Assembly (NCBI GenBank): GCA_026936335.1 | Contig: JAPMXV010000017.1 | Span: 186,001 to 250,000 of the forward strand | Length of the DNA stretch: 64,000 nucleotides | DNA from: Mantamonas sphyraenae STR306 | Taxonomy: Eukaryota; Protista; CRuMs | Direction of reading: 5' to 3' | Shown: positions 58,077-64,000 of the stretch, one piece after another | Layout: each line of letters begins with the position of its first letter | Position numbering within the stretch: the first letter of the stretch is position 1 | Notes under the pieces: model-generated | Told to the model about the DNA's origin: nothing | The model's database searches: none | Seen by the model: only the letters and a program-made list of their open reading frames with translations | Program-made: the position numbers and the translations under genes

Positions 58077-61000
58077 ATGACCGAGCCGCTGGGGGAAACT
58101 ACGTCCAGTGAGGATGTCGACAGCTGGGATCTCATGCCAGAAGATTCGGTGAAGCTGATGTCCAGCGCAAAGCTGAACGTGTGGAGTGAAAGCCAAGGAG
58201 CCTTGCTGGGGGCTTCCACCAACGACGACGACGACGACGACAGGCAGAACAAGGAGGACGGAGAAGAAGAGGAAGAAGAGGAAGAGGACGACGATTCGGA
58301 CGACGACGGCTTCATGGTGCGGCGACGCGTGCCGAAGCGGAAGAACCCGCACGATGTTGGGCACGTGTTTGTGATGCTGGGCGATTTGCAAACGCTGGCT
58401 TGCGACGCGTGGCTGTTCCCCACCGACGCCACATTCAACTTTAGCTATGCGTGGTCATGGGTAGGTGGCCAAGGAAGGGGCGTGTGCACACCGGTGAACG
58501 ATAAAAAGGGCCACAACAAGCTGTGGAAGGCTGACCCACCACCCAAAAACACACAAACACACAGCCCTACGACACCGTGAACGTACCGACGCGCAAGTCG
58601 TACCCGGAGTGGGGATACAGCAAACACGTGCTCCGCATCGACACTTGGTTCCCGGACAAGGTGAACCCGTACATGGTAAACACAAACGTGCCTCTGGATG
58701 AGATGCTGCAGCACGTGGCCGACTTTCTGGACGTGGTGGCGTCCGATCTGAAGGACAAGGAACCTGCGTACCGCAGACACAAGCACTTGGTGGGCATGCC
58801 TGTGGTGGGTACAGGGTACGGAGGCCATCAGGAATGGTCTGGCTCGGTGCTGCAGCAATTGTTTCCCGTCCTCTACGCCAAGAGCGAGGAGCACAACATG
58901 GACGTTGTCCTGGTTGCGTACGAGCGTGAAATGTTCTCTGCTGCCCAGGTTGCTCGCAAGCAGGCGTCGTTCCGCAGCCAACAGTGGCAGGTGCTGGACG
59001 AAAAGGCTCAGGATCTTGCGCAGCGAATGGCCAACCATGCCCTGGACGAGTCTCTTGTGCTGTTTGTGGGCGCCGGTGTGTCCATGGGTGCCGGTCTGCC
59101 ATCATGGTGGGGGCTGCTGCACAAGCTGGCCAAGCAGGCCGGATTCACGGACAAAGAGTGTGAGGCGTTCTGGCCACCCATGTCGCCGCTGGACTGTGCA
59201 CGCATTGTCGAGACACGGTTGGGTCAGAGTCTGGGTCCTTTGATTGCCAAGGAGTTGCGTGTGCCTCTGTGCTCGCCGCAGCATCTGATGCTTGCCTCGT
59301 TGCCCGTGCGTGAGGTGATCACCACCAACTACGACGAGTGCTTTGAGCGTGCCTCGCGCAACGCACGTGTGTCCACCGTCGTCCTTCCCTACGAGCCTGA
59401 AATGGACGTCGACCGCTGGGTGCTCAAGATGCACGGATGCGTCAACCACCCGGAGGACATTGTGCTGACGCGCTCGCACTACATCCGCTACGCCCAGCGC
59501 CGCGGCGCCTTGGCCGGCATTGCCCAGGCCCTGCTCATCACCAAGCACATGCTCTTTGCCGGCTTCTCTCTCAACGACGACAACTTTCTCAAGATCATCG
59601 ACACGGTGAAGCAGGCAAAGGGCGACCTGGCCGTTGCTGACGCCAGTGCAGGTCAAGGAAGCAAAGCGAACGAGGGGGAGGAAGAAGCAGGCAGCAGCAG
59701 CAGCAGCAGCAGCACGGTGCCCAGGGTCAAGTTTGAATTGCCTGAAGGAGTGGTGGACAGCTCGGAGGACGACGACAGCTACGGCAACGTGTTTGGCTCG
59801 ACGGTGACACTGGACAACGATCCTGTGTTTGAAAACCTGTGGCAAAACGACCTGCACATTGTTTGCACGCAGGAGCAGGGTGGACCTTTCTCGCTGGGCA
59901 TTTGGCGCTTGGAAATCTTTTACGATCTGCTCAACTCGCACATTTACAGCCACAGCACGCAGTACGTGCTGGACCCGCGGTACGACGCCATGTTGAGCTC
60001 GGGTGAGGAACGCATTGTGGGCAGCATCCACAAGTTTGTACGTTGTGTGGAGAAGCAGTTTCCGGAGGCTGTGAACAGCAGCCAATGGCCGCTGGTGGTC
60101 AACTTTCTGTACGAACTGGGCGGAGAGACCCTGTTGAAGTTCCTGCCACTTCCCAAGGGTCAAGTTGCACAGCAGACGCGTCGCATGTCGTCTGTACCCT
60201 CGCTGCTGGAAAGCGTGAGCACGACCGACTCTTGCGATGCGGGGGACATCATCCAGCACAAGGCAGGCAGTGGCACAGTGTTCCTGGTGCAGTCGGACAT
60301 CCGAGTGATGAGCGCAGACGCAACGTTGATCCCATTCAGCGAGAACCAAGTGTGCATGGCGTTCTTCCATGCGGAGAGCCGACTTGCGGAACTGATTGCA
60401 GAAGGCAAGGGTGAGGTGGCGGCGGATTCCTTGAAGGACGGAACGGTTCAACTGGAAGAGAGTACGCCAGGGCAGCTGCATCGCCTGTTTAAGCATTGTC
60501 ACGAGGACAAGACGGCCATTGTCTACGCGGTGGACATTGGGAGCGAGTTTGCAGGAGTGGAGTTTCTGGCGTCGTGTGCAAACACGTTCCTGGCCCAGGT
60601 GCACGCAGACGTGGTAGAGCACGAGTTGGTGCCTCACAACGGACGAGCACGCCATTTGGTGACGTTGCCAATCATTGGGACGGGCTGGGGCGAAGGCGCA
60701 AACCACACCGGGGCTGTGCTTGCTGCACTGCTGCCGGAGCTGTACACAGGGGCACAGCAGTATGGTCTGGATGTGGTGTTGGTCACCAACGACCCAAACG
60801 CATACTTGGCAGCGCAGATGCAGCGCAACGCCATGGTGGAGAACCCGTGGCCAGACCTGACCATGTCGCAGCGAGCGGAGGGGCGTCGGTTGGCTAAACT
60901 GGCAGCCAAGGGCCATTTGGCAGCCATGGTGGGAGCCGGAGTGGCAGCAGACGCAGGCATTGCGTCGTGGCGTGTGTTTCTGTGCGACTTTGCGGTGGAG

Positions 61001-61984
61001 CATGGCTTGGACGAATCGTATGTGCACAACCTGCTTGAACGCTTCGACGTGCTGGACACAGCCAGGCTGGTTGCTCAGAGGTGTGGAGGACGCGAGGCAC
61101 TTGCGGCTGCGCTTGTGGAACGTGTGCAGCAGGCACGGCGGTTTACGATGAAACACGCCCTGCTGGCGTCGCTGCCCATCGACCAGTGGATCAGCACCAA
61201 CTATGACGATCTGTTGCAAAAGGCATGTGCAGCAGCACACAGGGACATTGCTGTGCTGTTGCGCGAACCCGTGCACAGCACGCGTTGGCTGTTGAACATG
61301 TACGGCAGCGTGAGCGCGCCCGAGAGCCTCATCCTGCGTTCGCGCGACGACATCGAGGCGTCGAACCACCAGGGAATGGCACTATCGGGTGTGTTGCAGA
61401 CACAGCTGATCACGAAGCATCTTTTGTGTGTGGGCTTTGGTCTGGACAACGACAAGTTCTTTTCGCTGGCGTATGCCGTGCGCCAGGCAATCAGCGACGC
61501 TCGGGAGAACTTTGGCACGGCACTGACGACGTTTGAGGACCAGCTGTTGGAGGATGTGTGGGCAGGCAGCCTGCATCTGGTGCCCATGGTGTACACGGAC
61601 GACCACCAGGTGCCACAGGACGAGGAAGAGCGCGACACGCCAGGCAAGATGCACAGCGGCTCCAAGTCGGTGGCACATGCTGCACGTGTCATGGATATCT
61701 TCCTGGACTGCCTGGCTCAGCAGACGCTGATGGAGCAGGGCGATCGCTCGTTCTTGCTGGACGACTGGTTCGAGTCGCTGCTTAGCCCAGAGGACAAACA
61801 GCTCAAGAAGGCACTTCTGGTGCTCAAGCACGACCTCCCCGACACGGGTGTCACTGTGCCAGTCATCAAAAACGTCGAGCGGCTGCTCAAGATGTTTGGC
61901 GACGTGGCCAAGTCGCGCTTCCGATACCGCAAAAAGGCAGGGCGCAAGATGAGCGAGTTGTCATTCAGTGAAATGGCGTTCTGA
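58077..61984 (+). CDS. Tandem [Macro-like + SIR2-like]x2 protein; intron 58461-58564
   Basis: Unit 1: GHVFVMLGDLQTLACDAWLFPTD, MPVVGTGYGG, LFVGAGVS..AGLPSW, ITTNYD, LKMHG, FAGFSLND. Unit 2: VFLVQSDI..MSADA, LPIIGTGWG, MVGAGVA, ISTNYD, LNMYG, CVGFGLDN. Confidence 0.85.
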
Positions 61985-62156
61985 TGGAGAGAGTGTGTCG
62001 TGTCCTGATGCCGTTTTGGTTGTGCGCATCGATGGTTCTGGCGATGACGCGAAACGTGTCGGGAGGCCCGACGACAACAAAAAAAAGCAAACCGCGGGCT
62101 TTGCGCCGTCGACACCAGCAAATCCAACAGAGGAGCAATTCACACAAACGAACAAA

Positions 62157-63236
62157 ATGTCGTCTGCCAAGGCTATTGTCAAGACTTTCCACGAGACCAA
62201 CACACACACGGGCTCGCACGTCGTGTCGTGCGCAGCCACCAAGGAGGCTGCCATCGTTGATGCCGTGCTGGTGTACGCCAGCAACAGCGGACGCACAAGG
62301 TAGGTACAGGGAACAAGGGGGGAGGTGTGCTGCACACAGGACACAGGACACGGCAAACACAAGGCGTTGAGCGTGCACGTGAGGTGTGCACGTACCTGGA
62401 CACAGCTGGACGTGTGTCTGGAGCGTGTCCGGAGAACGGCTGGAGGGTTCTGACGGAATTTTGCCGAAACTGACGCGCTGTTCCTTGCCGTCCACAGCAA
62501 CGACATGATCGACGAGATTGTGGCGTATGTGAAGGAAGAGAACCTGGATGTGAAGTACCTGATCGATTCGCACGTGCATGCCGACCACCTGACGGCTCTG
62601 GCAGTGCTGAAGGAGCACTTTCCCGAAGCCAAGACGGTGTGCAACCACAACATCACGCAGGTGCAGGACACGTTCAAACCCATCTTCAATCTGGGCGACG
62701 AAGTGCCCGCCGACGGTTCCCAGTTTGACGTGCTGGTCAAGGAGGGCGACGTGGTGAAGCTGGGCGAGCTGGACGGCCTGCACGTGATGGAGACGCCGGG
62801 CCACACGCCGGCATGCACCACCTACTACATTGACGGCGACTGTGCCTTTGTGGGTGACACCATCTTTATGCCGGACATGGGCACGGCACGCTGCGACTTT
62901 CCGGGAGGAAGCGCAGACACGCTGTGGGAGAGTGTGCAGCGCATCCTGGCGCTCAAGGACGAGACGCGTCTGTTTGTGGGCCACGACTACGCTCCGGGAG
63001 ACCGAGAGACGTTTGAGTTTGAGAGCACAGTGGCCGATGAGAAGGCCAGCAACAAGCACGTGAAGGAGGGCACGACCAAGGAGGAGTTTCTGGAGTTTCG
63101 CACCACACGCGACCTGCAACTGTCCCACCCTGGACTCATCCTGCCTTCCCTGCAGGTCAACATCCGTGGTGGTGAGCTGCCCGAGCCCGAGAGCAACGGC
63201 ACACGCTACCTGAAGATCCCGCTCAACACGATCTGA
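62157..63236 (+). CDS. Persulfide dioxygenase paralog with an intron (about 62299-62498)
   Basis: MSSAKAIVKTF...GRT|SNDMIDEIV, then identical to the 52695-53573 copy. Confidence 0.88.
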
Positions 63237-63266
63237 GCAACGAGGCGCTGCCAATGTATCTATGTC

Positions 63267-63317
<51 letters not shown>

Positions 63318-63491
63318 CCCTCTCTTCCATTCCATTCCATGTCATGCCACGCCTCGCTCAAACCACTCGCTCCCGCACTGCCTCGAGCTGCAGCTGAAGG
63401 AAGCGCAGACGACGGCTGTCGATCAGGGCATCGTGCAAACTCTGGCCGATGGCATCGGCGGCAGTCTTGAGCCTGCTGCCCTGCAGCTGTT
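62533..63491. repeat. Right arm of the 0.95-kb inverted duplication, including a copy of the NUP205 3' end
   Basis: 63358-63491 is the reverse complement of NUP205 52452-52585. Confidence 0.95.
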
Positions 63492-63521
63492 GTTCAGAGC
63501 ACCGTCGTGTCCACGCACTCG

Positions 63522-64000
63522 TCACCACGTTGTGTCATCCTGTGAAGCAATCCACTGGAACAGGCGCTGCACAAGTTCGTCGGGGAGTGTGGTCCACAGC
63601 TCTGTCGGCTGGTACTCATCCATCCCACCCGCCTCAAACATCACTTCTCGCTCCTCACTGTTCATGATGAGGACCGTTTCCATCTGCTCATCCGTGCGTC
63701 CCGTGTAAACGCCGTGCAGTTGCCGACTCCACGGCAATTCGCAGAGTAACCTGGCTGCCGACTTTGCCCCACACTCCACATGTGTGTCTGCACCTGCGTT
63801 GACCAGCTCCACGGCCACTTGCAGATGGCACTGTTCCGCAGCTCGCTGCAGCGCCGTGACGCCGTCTTGTTCCAAAGTGGCGTGTGGCGACACCCCTTGT
63901 GCAAGCAGTGCTCGCACGGCATCCAAGTCTCCGTCTGCTGAAGCCATGTGCAATTCTTCCAGCAAGGACACGTTTGCTTTGGGTCCCGGGTAGCGCACCA
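63522..64000 (-). CDS. Ankyrin-repeat protein with the start of an F-box (5' part may lie outside the window)
   Basis: LHMASADGDLDAVRALLAQG and GVTALQRAAEQCHLQVAVELVNAGAD; WTTLPDELVQRLFQWI. Confidence 0.7.
   Translation of the reverse strand, partial: VRYPGPKANVSLLEELHMASADGDLDAVRALLAQGVSPHATLEQDGVTALQRAAEQCHLQVAVELVNAGADTHVECGAKSAARLLCELPWSRQLHGVYTGRTDEQMETVLIMNSEEREVMFEAGGMDEYQPTELWTTLPDELVQRLFQWIASQDDTTW

Overview
GC-rich, extremely gene-dense eukaryotic (protist-like) DNA with short GT-AG introns, CA/GT microsatellites and about 28 genes. Most are housekeeping genes: POLH, GDAP2, NDC80, a TRA2/SR45a-like RRM protein, SNRNP40, INPP5E, FAM135, PCMT1, USB1, CLYBL/CitE, DHX37, CAMTA, NUP205, an F-box/LRR protein, DDX18/HAS1 and two persulfide dioxygenases. 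The standout is a three-exon gene on the minus strand (about 16511 to 10953, about 1750 aa). It joins an N-terminal FEN1/XPG-like PIN nuclease domain to a C-terminal Fanzor/TnpB-type RuvC-zinc-finger domain with the catalytic triad apparently intact. It is followed by a hairpin-rich non-coding stretch where an omegaRNA would be expected, and no transposase or clear terminal repeats are visible. Other notable items are a tandem [Macro-SIR2]x2 protein resembling prokaryotic defence NADases, whose second SIR2 unit lacks the catalytic His; two local inverted duplications, one of which copies the NUP205 tail into an ankyrin/F-box gene; head-to-head gene pairs only 21-72 bp apart; a probable SYCP2/Red1-like meiotic axis protein; and a polytopic membrane F-box protein. 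Several single-base frameshifts look like assembly indels. All family calls come from motif recognition by eye, not database searches.
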